Shown here: one piece after another, positions 13,441-28,000 of the stretch
How positions within the stretch are numbered: the stretch's first letter is position 1
How the letters are laid out: each line of letters opens with the position of its first letter
Assembly (NCBI GenBank): GCA_030324005.1
Contig: JARDVH010000001.1
Span: 113,626,077 to 113,690,076 of the forward strand
Direction of reading: 5' to 3'
Length of the DNA stretch: 64,000 nucleotides
Source of the DNA: Negaprion brevirostris
Taxonomy: Eukaryota
Notes under the pieces: model-generated
Databases searched by the model: none
The model's input: the letters and a program-made list of their open reading frames with translations, nothing else
What the model was told of the DNA's origin: nothing
Translations under genes and position numbers: made by a program

Positions 13441-15918
13441 GTTATGTGATGGAATGTAGTGTAATTCAGTAAGCTGAAATGTGATGACAGGAGTTATCTT
13501 TTATAATCCTGAATCTTTCTACAAGTAACTTAATAATTGGGCAGAAAAAAGCTCTACTCAATATATTTATATGCAGGATATTCTCCTTGAATTCACCATC
13601 ACTATCATGGGCATAAAATTTATTTTTAAAGGCTTATGCAACTAGCACAAGTGCTCATTTAAAGTTGATTAATCAAACTTTGTTCCCCAAGTGAAATGGA
13701 TAATGCATTCTTGCCCTTTTATGCATAACTAACAAATGCTGCTGATATCTACATCAGCTTCAGTATCCTTGTGATGGTTGTGGGGTGAGGGGAGGTTGAA
13801 TAATCAGCTAGGGATCATGCTCCTGACCACTGTCCAGTAATCCCTGCCATGTAAATGTCTGGCATAATCTTTTGACGAAGAGGTGAGACTGATACAACTA
13901 GGCCATCTGACATGTGAAGAGTGACATTTGAATGAGGTTACAGAAGAGATGCTAGCATTTACATAATATTATCGCAGTATAAGCCAACATTTTTCAAAGA
14001 CAGCACTGAGACAGGGGAAAATAAAAATAACCATTTACTGCACAGTTGAGACTGAAGAATTACTGTATGGAGAAGAATGTGTGCAAATTGTAAATGAAAA
14101 TCATAAATCCATTCATTATAGACGGTTTAAGATTATGTTACTCAACCTGCACAAAGGAAATCATCCCCAAATGACTAAATGTTAGCATTTAAATGTTGTT
14201 AGGGAAGGTAATCTTGCTATTGCGTTCCACTACTGCAGTTCAATAATCACAAGATACATTTCCTTATGAATAAAGCAGCATCATTAAATTACTGTTTGTA
14301 TTTTATAATCATTCCTTTAAAAGATGATAATATCATGTAGTGCATCTTGTTACATTTTTAATACTATGATTGGCAATTCGTTCATGTACATAAAACTTAA
14401 TATTTACATTTTAATAAAATCAGTTTAAAATGATTGAGAATTACTAACATAGACCTTATTTTAAGGCATACATTTACATCACTCAAATAGAATTTCTTGC
14501 ACTAGAGTTTTCATTAAAACATTCAATTAAATTGTTCTAGGCACTATAGATAGAAAATAGACTCCTGTCAAACCTTCTCCAATTGTAAACAAGATAAATC
14601 ACTATGTTTGCAGTTGTAAATACATGATTTTATAAATTATATGACATAAGCAAGGCAACAGAGTGTAAAACAGAAGCTCAAAAATCACCCTCAGCTTTGC
14701 AAATTAAACTGTCTTCACACAGTAATGATTTCAAATGTTTTGTGCATTATAGAAGTATATGAACAAAACAACAGAAGCCAATGAATGGTCATTGAAGTCA
14801 CATTAGGATTATGTTACTTGTCGATCCAGTTTAAGTTTGTGCAGTGAGATCCCTTAAAAATAAACTGATTTGGAATGCAAACAGCAAGGATTAAGAAAAA
14901 TAAACTGCCAGCAATATGTTTATGATTACCAATACAGCACTACATACATTGAACATGTAAATGTATGTTTACAGTGAAAAAACCCACATCCCAGTTTACT
15001 TATGATATGATTGAATCAAACAACACTCCTGTTGGAATGAAAAAAAATCCACTTATGTAAAAATCTAAATCCTTTATTGTTTAGCCACACAAAGTATGGT
15101 GGAATCCATCTCAGAAATCAATGAAAGCAGTGCCACTGTTCATAAAGCCTTGATTCTTAGACTGTACATTGGCTACATCTTGTAACGTTTTTGTAAAATG
15201 TGTTCAAGTTTAGACACAGTATACAATCATTCGAGAAAACAGAAGCCTTTTTGTGAAAAGTGAAATCATAATTTGGTCAAACCCTAATCTACAATTGGAT
15301 TAGGCAAAAATGAATCATGTTTTCCAAATTTGACAAAATTATGACAATTCCAAGCTGAGCTATTTACTATCACTGCATTTCATTTTGAGGCTTTCTCCAT
15401 TTCATTCAACTAGTAAGAGCAGAAAAAAAATACTCTGTTCTCTATGTGTATCATCATGAATGCATTCAGAAAACATGTTCATATAGAAGAACCATGACAA
15501 TCTTTTGTGTCTTGGAATTGAAATCAAGATTTCCAAATGTATGATATAAGAATTCCATGGTGCATAGCAGGAATCAAACAGAAATAATATAATTAATAGA
15601 TTTAAAATACCAATACACAGCACAACTTAATTTAAAAATGTGCACTAAATCATTCCATACAGATACTAATAAGAGTTACATATTAACTGCAAAAAGCTCC
15701 CGGTGGTATCTGAACTTACAATACTGGCATTAGTGTGCCTTTAAAATTCATTTTGTAGCCTGAAAACCTACACTACAGCAATTATAATTTTCAGATGCTA
15801 ACTGTAGCAAAATAGATGTTTTGCCCCTTTTGGTCAAGTTTTAATAAGTTGATCATAGTGTGTGAAAATAGAAGATGATCATAAGTTATTTTTCTTCCTA
15901 TTCTCTACAAGGCCCTAC

Positions 15919-16089
15919 CCCTGCCAATTTCCATGTTCTCTCCTTCAATGAAGCCCATCTCACTCATGTTTCCATTCACATTATCAATGTCACTTGCTGA
16001 TTCACCTGCAAGGCAACATAGCTTGTTAGTATCAAAGCAATCCTCTTCCCTTGATTTTGCTTCCCTCCCATGTACAACCCCCAATAGGA
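15919..16089 (-). pseudogene. Candidate exon (171 nt, phase 1-1, open frame)
   Basis: Acceptor attttatcag, donor G|gtaggg; reads LLGVVHGREAKSREEDCFDTNKLCCLAGESASDIDNVNGNMSEMGFIEGENMEIGR without stops. Confidence 0.4.
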
Positions 16090-16735
16090 CTGATAAAATT
16101 CACCATATGCACGAAATCAAGAACAGTCTTCTTTCTATTGCCTATTTATATCGATTTTTATCCTAAATGACCAGATCTTCAGCCTGTCTTGATTGGTATT
16201 GGTCAAAGAGTGAAATGATACAATAATTTTACACATAACTGAATCCATAAAGTTTCAAACTCAATCTTATGCTGCTTCATTTAAAATGTAAAATTGCTGT
16301 TGAAATATTGAACAGATTGTCATTAATCTCACTGTTCACTTTAGAATCTCAAGTCAATCAACTTTTTTTTAATACTTCACCTAGTTTGCTTTGTTCTTTT
16401 CTCACGCTGAGCTATAGTTCATCCCAGCACCTCATCTAATGGACCATTCTTATCTGTGTGCAAGCAGGTATTTGATTGTTGAAGGATACATCACGGTTTA
16501 ATTGTGCCTTGTCTGGTATGTTTATGCATGGTCTCCAAGAGAGGTTACTTGACAGTAATCAGAAATGGATTCCTGGCTAATTTTTCCTCTCCCTAGTACT
16601 GGGATCTAATTTTAGTGCCCTTATTGCTCAGTTAACTCAACTTACACTGAAAATGTATCCATTTTCAGACATAGAACAAAGGCCCACCCACTTCAGTTTT
16701 CAGGCAAGCTTGTAGATCAGCAACCACCTTGTCAC

Positions 16736-17017
16736 CTATCTCCAGCAAAAGGCTGTTTAAAGATAATAAGTTGCTCATAACCATATGTTTCCTCTCCACC
16801 ACAATCCAATTCCACAATTAACTGCAGATCAGGACTGTCTCTACCCAACCAAAACAAATTCTATCCCAATACAAATATTCAATCCAGCTAGTGAAGTTTA
16901 TTCCTCAAGATCATTGGTGTCAGTTCTCCGAATATATCAAGTTATTTGTCCATCATCTATAGTCCCTTTGCTCATGTACATCTAGATCACTTCTCCATAT
17001 TATGAGAGATTGCGGGG
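16736..17017 (-). pseudogene. Candidate exon (282 nt, phase 1-1, several in-frame stops)
   Basis: Acceptor cactcctgccag, donor G|gtgaca; reads IWRSDLDVHEQRDYR*WTNNLIY...SWIEYLYWDRICFGW...LWNWIVVERKHMVMSNLLSLNSLLLEI. Confidence 0.4.
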
Positions 17018-17395
17018 CTGGCAGGAGTGAGTACATTCAACATTAGCACTGATATACATTGATTCATTACACCCAAAACCTTTTATTAAAAATCCACACA
17101 AGACTTCATTCCACTCTAATGTTTGAATCCTTATATTCTATTTTTCCAAGTGTAAAATTCTTTCTTCTAATTCCGGACTTCTGTGCAATTTCCTACATTC
17201 CCTTCTCCAGTTCTCACTTTTTCCTTAAAACTCTTCTCAAGACCCATTTCTTTTTGCAAACTGTTATTTGCTACAGTCTTTCCCTTCTAGGTTTGGAGTT
17301 CATTTTCCATACGTCTATGTTCGAACGCTTTTCTAACAAAAGCACAAAAACAGCATAAATTCAAATTGATAAGCATACATTTGATAAGAACTCAC

Positions 17396-17452
17396 CGCAA
17401 ACCAGTGATCCAACTTGGTGGCTTGTAGTCTTGCCAACAGATTTTACCTTTA
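17396..17452 (-). pseudogene. Candidate exon (57 nt, phase 1-1, open frame)
   Basis: Acceptor tttaatttgcag, consensus donor G|gtgagt; reads KVKSVGKTTSHQVGSLVC. Confidence 0.4.
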
Positions 17453-19380
17453 CTGCAAATTAAATATCAAACAAAAATAATAAGAATTAGAGATAATGGA
17501 TAACATTCAATGTTAACTATATTGTGGCATCAATTGTACAGCAATTCCAGTGATGTCACTAGAACAATTTTAGTCTTGCAAAACCATCTGTTCCCAATTA
17601 TGACATCATTTCAACGTAATATAAAACATACTTCATGGAGCTGAAATCATGTGTGGTACAAAACACAAAAAAACTGTTGACTTTTACTTATTATGTTATT
17701 AAATTCCAAATGTAAAAANNNNNNNNNNNNNNNNNNNNNNNNNNNNNNNNNNNNNNNNNNNNNNNNNNNNNNNNNNNNNNNNNNNNNNNNNNNNNNNNNN
17801 NNNNNNNNNNNNNNNNNNAAACAGAACAGCAGAGCACAAAATGATACCCAACACTCAACGTGGAAAAGTCTTGCATGCAATTTGCTTGAGCACTAAACAC
17901 AAGATCATCGTCCATGCACACTCATCTGTTTCTTATTCACGCACTAATATGTCCAAACTGATTTTCAAATGGCAAAACATTTAGAATTCAACTGAAGTAC
18001 TTGAAATTTGGTGCATGAGACACGAGATATCAACAAGGAAAGAATCCTAAGTCATATGCCAATAAATGTGTTAATGTTTTGACAAACGAGGCAAAACAAT
18101 ACATTGTAGGTTTATGTTGGCAAAGGACAATGAATTGTGCCTTCTCTTTCTTCGTGGTTATTCTTCAATGCAGAAATGTGATGTAAAAGTCTGGGAATGT
18201 TAATGAAACTTAAAAGATTGACTGGTTAGAATGGCATCAAAAACCGAGACAAATGGAATTTGTTTGTCATTCTATCAAGATTCCATCAAGTTCTACAACA
18301 TTAAGCATATATAGCAGACTTATAAAACACAAGTAAGTTGTAGATATAAAATCATGTGCCAGTTGTTAATAAAGTTTGTGACCACAAGTGATCTATTCTC
18401 TTCCCCACTGCAATTCTATGCAAAAACAGGCGTAAACAGTCAAGAGAGTAGAGTGCAAAACTCTGCCACATTGTGTTGACTCAACATTATTACAAATACA
18501 CACCTCTGCCTTGAGTCCTTTCCCTGCCTGGATGAGGTTCTGTCACATCAAAGCTGAAAAAAAAACTTCCATCTCACTGAGAGGCTTCAAGACAATCCAC
18601 ATCCAACAACCTACTCTGCAAACACTGGTCACATTGACAGGTATGACAAATTCCATCACGGCAACTGAGACAATCGGTAACATATCAAATATTACAACCC
18701 ATAACAGTCTAAAGAAAAGCTGATTTGCCCTCATCTCCAAATGTTAACAGACCCTTTAAAAAGTTCCAAGATTTGGATCTGCATTTTCAAAGAAAACTTG
18801 GGCCATATCTTACCTTTGTACCAAGGTGCATAGAAATTCACCCATTAGTCTTTGAGATGTTGGGCAGATTCTTAAGCCCAGATTCTCCATGCACAAGAAG
18901 GGAAGCGTGCACTCAAAATCTGGAGAGTTTTGGAAAAACCTTGTTCTCAACGATGAGATTACATTTTGTAATTTTGAATGAAGCCCAATGGCAGAGTAAT
19001 GTGGAATATGCCATGGAATATTGGGAACACAATTTTAATGCATTAGCATCACATTACTAGTTACTTCTCTTGATATTGAGCCCACACCAAATGTTCAGCA
19101 GTGATGTCATGTCAGCACCATTTATATAAGCGTGAACCTGGCACCTTCACCACTGAGGGGGATATCAGAGGTGAGCACTCAGGCAACCATTTCTCCGCAT
19201 TCTGTCCAATACTCAAGGAGCACCAGGGTGCATGCTGGAGACAGATAAGTACACTTGGGATCGTGAGTGGGAGTCACTCTCACCATACCGGAAGGAGGAG
19301 AGGAGGGTACTAGGTGAAATGGGTTGGTCCTATGCCTTNNNNNNNNNNNNNNNNNNNNNNNNNNNNNNNNNNNNNNNNNN

Positions 19381-19585
19381 TTTCTCCCAAAATGCATCAC
19401 CTCACATTTATCAGGATTAAATTCCATCTGCCATTTATCTGCCCAATATACCAGCCTGTCTATATCCTGTTGTATTGCCTGGCACTGCTCCTCAGTGTCT
19501 GCCAGTCCAGCCACCTTAGTATCACCTGCAAACTTGCTGATCACACCATGTACTCCCTCTTCTAAGTCATGTATGTAACAATTTC
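19381..19585 (-). mobile_element. CR1 LINE RT fragment
   Basis: YIHDLEEGVHGVISKFAGDTKVAG...QQDIDRLVYWADKWQMEFNPDKCEVMHFGR in ORF 19179..19631. Confidence 0.9.
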
Positions 19586-19629
19586 TAATCATTATGATCG
19601 AACAGCAGCAGGGAAAATGACATGCTGCC

Positions 19630-20700
19630 ATACATGTCCAGGATCAAAGACTTCCAGCTGTCCAGCAAGCAGGAGAATAGCATCAACCTCAGAGACAGTA
19701 CTAGCCTAGAATCCTCCAGTGTCAGTGCTCATACCTTCACATGTCTGAGCCTCAGTGCCGGAGAAGGCTGTGCCTACTCCAGGGGATGGTGGACCACCTT
19801 TACCACATTATGCATGAGCTGGCACCCATGGAACTGGAATACACCCAATGCCTGTGGCCCTTAAAGTTAAAGCCGCACTAAACTTTTTTGTTAGTTGTCT
19901 TCAAGGGCAGCACTGGTAACACCTGAGGCATCTCCCAGTCTGCCACGCACAAATGTATTAGGGAGGTCACAGATGCCCTCTATGTAAGAGCAGAGATGTT
20001 TATAAACTTGAACCAGGATCAGGTGATCCAGGACGCCATGGCCATGGGCTTTGCCCTCATAGCAGGATGCCCCAGGTGCAAGGTGCCAGTGACTATACCC
20101 ATATGATCACCACCACAGCAGGCAATGAACCACAAGCGGTTCCACAGCCACAATGTCCAACACATCTGCAACCAAATAATGCACATCATACAGGTCTGTA
20201 CCCATTTCCCACAGAGCACCCATAACAGATACATCTTGGTTTGCCCACAAAGACTAACCATCTATGAGGAAGAGTGGCAGGTGGAGGGATGAGTCCTGAG
20301 AGACAAGGACGTGGTTAATGACACCAGCGTGGAAGCCACAAACACCAGCAGAGACACATTACAATGATGCTCATACTTGAACGTGCATCTTGCTGGAGCA
20401 GGCAATTGGACTGCTAAAGGTGTGGTTCTAGTGCCTGGACCGTTTGGGGATGACCTACAAGACAGCCTCCAGAAGATATCCCACATTACTGTGTGGTACT
20501 GCGAGCTTCACAACTTAGCACTGCAGAGGGAAGACCACCTGAAATAAGAGGAAATGGGTGAGTGTCACACCTTCTTGGATGAGTAGTATGTTGAGAAGAG
20601 AGGTGGGCATGATGAAGCCAAAGAAGAGGAGGAGGAAGGCGGGGCTATGTACAGGGCCAGGATGGACCACCAAGCAAGGAATACCCTTAATATCTCGCTT
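19630..20700 (+). mobile_element. PIF/Harbinger (HARBI1-like) DDE transposase pseudogene
   Basis: Frameshifted motifs PMPVALKVKAALNFF, GISQSATHKCIREVTDALYVRA, GFALIAG.PQVQGA.DYTH, NHKRFHSHNVQHIC, STHNRYIL, VLRDKD and C.LHNLA. Confidence 0.85.
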
Positions 20701-21387
20701 TGGGGATGAGCAAGAATAGCCCGTGTCAAGCTTACCCCACAATGGGTGTCAGGTCATACAAAGCATCATCCTGCATATCTCCAGTCAGGAGGTCGAAGCT
20801 ATTGGCCAGACTCTGCAGGAGAATAATGATGACTTGTTGAGAGGACAAAGTGACGCTCTTCTCATCTTCAGCAATATATCTGACTAACAGAAAGTTGAAC
20901 ATTCCCTGCCAATGAATAGGCACATGGTGGGCTTCATAAATAGTTTAAAATGACCATCAGGTAATACCAGCCCTTTTGCAATGCTGCACTCTTGAAAAGC
21001 TCTAACCTTGATTAAGGGATGGTGGGGGGGTGGGATGCCCCTTCCAAAATGGGAATAAGGGAAGGGTTTCCAAGGATGCAGGGTGTAATAGAGGTAGAGC
21101 TTATGATACCAAATGACAGGTTGTAGGCTAACAAAGTGCATATTTAATTTGGAACTATATATAGTAGTGATCTTTCTGCACTTGTGCCAACCAGATGCCT
21201 ACAACTTCATACCCTTCCTTACCCTCACACTACGTCTAGGTGTTTCACCAGGATCCACAGCTGAAAGGAAAAACAGATACATGTGATTTCATTCAATGAA
21301 TAGATTAAATCCAAGAGGATAACAGAAACAGTCAGAAATGAATATCAATATTGTTCAACATAAATGAGTGCCTAATGTACTCTAATG

Positions 21388-22939
21388 CAATGTTGTTAAA
21401 AGTGTGGGTCGCGACTTCCGGGTGGGTCATGGGGCGCTGAAAAATCAGTCGCTAAAAATGATCCTGAAAGATCGTCTGACTGTATTTTCTGTTTTCTCTC
21501 TGGATAAATTCTCATTGCCGTACAGTGTATGACCAAATCAGACAAAAATAAACAGGCACCAAATGAATTGGCCCTGGTGACAATTGTCTTTCTCTTTCTA
21601 GTAGATTCCGATCATTTTGTTATGCGAAAGAGAGGCCAGAGACACCAATAGCCAGGAAACCTACTGGCTAGGATCTTGCATCTGAATCTGCTGGAGAAAG
21701 TGCTAGGCTGCTCTATCGAGTCAATGACAGAACAGAGCAGTATTAATGTCAGTACTGAATAGAATGCCAGGACCTCCAGTGAACAGCCTGCAAAGAAAAA
21801 CCTAAAATCACTAACAGAACAGCATAAAAACAATTTTTTGAGGTACAGTTTTGTCAATTGTATACCACAAATCAGGTCCTTGCGTATTACATGCAGGGAA
21901 ATGCTAGCAAATGAGGGTTTAAAACCCTCAAAACTTCAAAGGCATCAGAAGACCAAGCATGATGAGCTAAGGAACAAACCTTGGGACATTTTTCAAACGA
22001 TGCAGCAAGAACTGAAATCATCAGTCAAACTCTCAGCAAAAATTTAACATTGAATGACAAAGCACAACCAGTCTCTTACATGGTAGCTTACCAAGTAGCT
22101 ATAGAGAAACACCCCACACTGTTGCAGAGAAATTAATTCTCCCTATAGCATTACACGTGGTTCACGTGGTTTTAGATGGGAAGTCAGCTGAGATGCATTG
22201 TGCTTTGTGATAAAACAGTATCTCGTTGAATTTGTGATAAAACAGTATCTCGTTGAATTTGTGATATTGCTGAAAATTTAGAAGTTCAGTCTATTTCTCA
22301 GTTAAAGTTAACAGGAGATTTCTCAACACAACTGGATAAAAGTACAGATGTTACATGTTGCACAACCTTGTTAGTTTACATTAGGTATATTTGACACAGT
22401 GAATTTACTGAGGATTTGTAATGCTGCTAGACATTACTAACCAGCATGACTGGCACAAAGATATTTTAAGCGTTGAATAGCTACGTGGTTGTAAAGTGTG
22501 GACTCGACTGGGTTAATTGCAAAGGGAANNNNNNNNNNNNNNNNNNNNNNNNNNNNNNNNNNNNNNNNNNNNNNNNNNNNNNNNNNNNNNNNNNNNNNNN
22601 NNNNNNNNNNNNNNNNNNNNNNNNNNNNAATCACAAATGAAGGGTCAGCCCATGACTGGGAAAAAAGGAGACTTAGAATAAGGATTAAGGAGGCGTTTGG
22701 ACAGGACATTGTTCGGAATCATTGTTTTAATCACCACAAGGCACTGGCATCAAGGGGAATTCCATTTGATCTTGACATTGGGGCGCACTGTTCTCTCATT
22801 CTGTGAACCTGATTGGAGTGAGGTCACGAGGACCAAGCAGGCTCACCCGTTACATTAAGTAGTAAGTGAATGTGGCGTGGGTTACCAGGAACTGCCATTT
22901 GGTAAACGCTGGTTGCTAAAAAAAGTTTGAAAAACACTG
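21388..22939 (+). mobile_element. hAT (Buster/Charlie-like) DNA transposon, decayed
   Basis: Imperfect TIRs caatgttgttaaaagt / agtttgaaaaacactg. Transposase motifs CREMLANEGLKPSKLQRHQKTKH, SYMVAYQVA..KHPHTVAEKLILP, FSTQLDKSTDV and HCFNHHKALAS. Degenerate 8-bp TSD (ctctaatg / tgctgatg). Confidence 0.85.
22204..22266 (+). repeat. 27-bp tandem duplication inside the hAT transposase
   Basis: tttgtgataaaacagtatctcgttgaa twice, plus a partial third copy. Confidence 0.9.
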
Positions 22940-24629
22940 TGCTGATGCATCTGAAGACTTTCCCACTTTCACACTGCTGGTCAACTTAATGGTCACTTAT
23001 ATTTTAAGAATAAGGCGCTATCATCAATCACTGCTTATCATACAGCATTTCATTTTGACATGTGTGAAGATGACAACATCTTTTTGCACACGCACCCTTA
23101 TCCCACATAACCAAAAATTGTTGCGGAATGCCAGAAATCCCAGAATCAGGTCTGTTTGCAGTGTTTTTTGCAGCCTGCATCCATTCTGCCATGGATGGAG
23201 ACATGAAAATGACTCAAGATGTTCAGGAAAGAAAGGAGTGAAAGAAAGGAGCTAAGGTGATAGTACACGTCAAGGAGAATATTACAGGCTTGAGGGAAGG
23301 TATATCCTGGAGGGGGTCAAGGACACAATCTACTTGGATAGAGTTAAGAAACAGTAAAGGTCCCATCACACTAATGAATGCCCCTACCTGTGGGGCAAGT
23401 ACACCTATTCCCTGTTGGTGAGAAGCAGTTGTAAATGCTGCTGGTAGAACCTCTCCCGGCTTGGTGAGTTAGACACTAGTGGGCCCAGAGACTACCTTTC
23501 CGGGCCTGCTAATTATATGGAAATAACTATTTCCAGCACAGAGCTAATTACATTAAAAAATGGCCTGGGAGTTCTGCTTTTGGCCCCCTACCGATGTCTC
23601 CCAGTCCGCTACACTACTCGAGCATCCCAGCGGGCTGGGAGAATCCAGCCCTTATCTTTGTTCCAAAATAAATCACATGTACCCCAATCTTTATTTTGTT
23701 TTCTGTTAAATTATACCAGCTAAAATGATAAATTTGTTTGTCAGCTTGTAATTTCCTGTCCAAGAAAATTCTTCAGCATGATTAGCTGCTTAGACTGCCT
23801 GATGACATCATTGCTGTTGCATACCAGATCTCCTTTAGCTGACTCCCGAATTAAATTAACATTGAGAAACGTATTTGTTGGCGGCTTTCTTCAAGTACTT
23901 TCACTTTACAGCTGACCTAAAAAAAATCAAGACGTGTTAACTCCTATGTCAGTTTGTGGTAAAAATTACTTCTTTTTTTATTAATTAAGACAGAATCAAT
24001 AACAATGATAATAACAATACGGTTCTAAAATTTAAATATTAAGATATGCAATGATCATATAGGTCATTGGGATCAAACATTTGATAACAATCAGTATTTT
24101 CCAACTACACAAACTGTTCCAAATGATAAACTATTGAAGTGCTTCAGTTTACTCTGTCAACCCCAATATTAATTCAGTATGATCTGTAGGAAACTTGTCA
24201 ATATTTTATCAGAAAGTAATAATAAGTAAGATCATGCTGTATTGTAAAGGTTCCCTAGAAAAATTAAAAATGCATTGAGCATTGATACAGATCTACAACT
24301 GCACAACACAACTTATTCTCATCAGCTGGTGAAAGAGGAGAAATAGAAAGCAGACGTTTACAATTCCTTTAGTCAAAAAGCTGAAAGGACATTGTGTTAC
24401 TAAATTATTTCCATTACAACCTGCTAACTAGCATTTGATTGTAAAAGTACTCACTGTGCAGAAGCAAGTTACTTCAGTTATAACGAAAAGGCTTTTTTGT
24501 AATTAGAAAAGACAGCTGTTTTCAATCTAAAGTTTTCCTTTCCTTGTCCATTGTTTTTCATTATGATCTAGTCTACTCCGTAAAAGAAACTTCCATTTCC
24601 TTTTCCTCAGAAAACACTTCTGGAAATCC

Positions 24630-24965
24630 CTCATTTCTTTTCATTTTCTGGGATATGAGCATCAACAATTATTGTCCTTCCCTAACTGCCCTCCATTTCA
24701 GAGGGAATTTTAGAGCCAACCACATTGGTATGCATCTAGAGTCACATGTAGGCCAGACCAGGTAAGGATAGCAGGTTTCTTTCCCTAAAGGACATTAGTG
24801 AACCAGATTTTTTTTTAATGACAATCAGCAATGATTTAAATGGTCATCATTTGACTTCTAATTCAAATTTCACCATCTGCTGTGGCGGAACTTGAACCCG
24901 GGTTTCCAGATCTTGCTCTGGGTCTCTGGATTACTAGTCCAGTGACAATACCACAATGCCACTGT
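24630..24965 (-). mobile_element. tRNA-derived SINE
   Basis: Minus strand gtggcattgtggtattgtcactggactagtaatccagagacccag...gggttcaagttcc (A/B boxes). Confidence 0.65.
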
Positions 24966-25004
24966 GGCCAGAAAAGACCTACTAAGGTGGTATACATACT
25001 AATT

Positions 25005-28000
25005 AGGAGCAGAGGTATGACACTCATCCTGTCACGCCTATGCCACGATTCAATAAGATCATGGCTGATCTGATTATAACTTCAACCTCACCTTTCTTTT
25101 TACACATAATAACCTTTCACCCCCTCGTTAATCACTTGGCTTTTTATTTTAAAAATATTCAAAGATTCTACTTCCATTGCCTTTTGAAGGTGGGAGTTCT
25201 AAAGACTCAACGCTTTAAGAGGAAAGTATTCTCCTCATCTCTATCTTAAATGAATGACTCTTCATTGTTAAATTTTGGATTTTCCCACAAGAGGAGACAT
25301 CCTCTCCACATCCATCCTGCCAAGACCTTTCAGGATCTTAGGGTTCAATCAAGTCACCTCTTTCTCTGTTAAACTGCAGTGGATACAAGTCTAACCTGTC
25401 CAACCTTTCCTAATAAAACAACCTGCCCACTCCTGGTACTAGGCTGGTAAACTTTCTCTGAACTGCTTCCAATGCATTTACGGATTTCCTTAAAAAAGGA
25501 GACCAATACTGGACATGTTGCTCCAGATGTGGTCTCAACAAGGCTCTGTATAACTGAAGCATAACCTTTCTACTTCTGTAATAAATACCCACACAATAAA
25601 CAATACTTTCTATTAATTTTCCTAATTATTTGCTGTGCCTGCATTAAGTCTTTTGTGCTTTATGCACTCGGGCACCCAGATCTCTATGAATCTGAGCTCT
25701 TCAATCTCTCACAATTTATATATTATATATATTTTCTTATTTTTCTTGCCAAAATGAACAATTCCACATTTTTCCACATCATATTCCATTTGCTAGATTA
25801 TTACCCATTCGTGCCCCTTAAGTGCCCTTCGTAACTTACATTCCTACATATCTTTGTACCATCCCTAAATTTAGTAATCATTCCTTCGGTGCCTTCATCC
25901 AAGTCATTTATATAACTTTATACATATTGAGGCTTATCTTGATCCTTGTAGCACACCATTCATTATATCCTGTCAACCAGGAAAATACCCATTTATGTCA
26001 ACTCTGTTTTCTGTTAGATAGCCAATTTTCTCTCCATGTCAATATGTTACATTCTACACCATGAGCTTTTATCTTCCACAATAACATTTGATGTGGCATT
26101 TTATCAAAAGCATAAATTTAGTGCATCCATCGGTTCTCCGTTGTCCACAGCACATTAGTTCGTCAAAGAACCCCAATAAGCTTAAACATGATTTCCCTTT
26201 CATAAAACCATGTTGACTCTTCCTAACAGCCTTGAATTTTTCCAAATGCCCTGCTACAATGTCTGTAATAAAAGCTTCTAACATTTTTCCTCTATCAGAT
26301 GTTAAGCTAACTGACATGTAGTTTGCTGCTTTCTATCTCCTTTTTTGAATAAAAGAGTTACATTTGCTATTTTCCAATCTAATGGGACCTTCCCTGAATC
26401 TAGAGAATTTTAGAAAATTAAGACCAACACATCAACTATCTCATTCTTTATTCTTTTTCTGTCCAGTCTTCTGACCTGACACCCATCTTTGTATAATCAG
26501 ATGTTTTACCTTCAAGTCTGAAATTATCTTTAACTTTTCTCATTTTGCACAAGATGGTGGCATTTCCCTTTGGAATCTTTCTTTCTCATTGGAATGTATT
26601 TATTCTGTGTGTTGTGAAATATCTCTTTAAACATGGGCCACTGCATCACTACTAAGCTATCCCTTAATCTTACTTGCCAGTTCACTTTAGTTCTATTTTC
26701 ATGTCCTCAAAATTGCCCTTATTTCAGTGTAAAATACTAATCTTGAACTCACTCTACTCCTCCTGAAACTGAATTCAATCATATTTTTTAATCAATGCTA
26801 ACTACTGGTGCCTTTGCTATTAGCTTATCAATTAATCCTACTTTGAATATTCCTGAAACAAGAGACTATTCTTCTTACAAAGCTATTCTTCTTACACTCA
26901 TCAAGACACTTCACAAGAATACCAGTATATAGAAAAACAACAGTTTATACTGAATGAGAAGAAAGACCTGGTTGGTTGGCAATTGGCTGTGGTAGGGATG
27001 CCGCTACAGAGAATTCATCAGGTGATGTTGACAATTAGCTGTCAAGCATTGTCTGAAATTTAAAGCAGGCAGCTGGTCCCTGATTGGTCAAGGCATTGCC
27101 CTCGGGAATGAATCATCAAATGGCTGTCGTTTATTTTGTTCAGCTGTAACAGGCTTATGGTGTGCAATGTTCTTTCTGTCTGCAAAGAACAGGACCCCGT
27201 GTTTTGGAATTCCCTTGCATTGTACAATACCAAGTCTAGTCTAGCCTGCTTTCTGGATGGCTCCAGAACATGCAGGTCAAAGGAATCCTTAAAACAATCT
27301 CTGAACACTTTTGGGCGGATTTGTTTCTTCTTCTCCACAGTACGTTTCATGATGGTGGGATGCAATGCACTGCTCACTGGTGGCAGAATCTTATGGTCCT
27401 GCTGTTGTCAACGGGGGTTTCCAGTTGAACACACCTTTCACCGACGGGAAACCCAAGGTCAGGGTGCGCCATTGGTGGTTCCGTCTGATCCTGTCAGTAT
27501 AAATCTGCAAGATTTCAGTGTTCATCTTTGCCCACCTGATTTTTCTAATCTATATTTAAACTAAAATCCCCAGTGAGTATTCCTGTACCTTTATGACAAG
27601 CTTCTATTTTCTCTTCATATCCTGATCTACAATGTAGTTACAATTAGATGACCTGTACACCATTCCTTCGAGTGATTTCTTGCCTTCATCATTCCTCATC
27701 TTAACCCAAACTGCTTCTATATTCTAGTTTCCTGAACTTAAGTCATCCTTCTCACACGTGCTAATATCATCATTAGTTAACAGAGTCGCCCCTCCGCCTT
27801 GTCTAATTTTCTGTCCTTCCAAATATCACATACCATTTGATATTAGAACATAGAAATAGAACATAGAACAGTACAGCACAGTACAGATTTACGTGATCTT
27901 TTAGCCATTCTCTGTAATAGCTATCAAATCATATTCATTTATTACTATTTGCTCTATCAATTCACCTGCTTTGTTTCAAATGCCACACAACCTTTGGTTT

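Noticed and set aside
22204-22266. Short direct repeats as a CRISPR-like array
   Set aside because: Head-to-tail duplication with no spacers, inside a eukaryotic transposase remnant.
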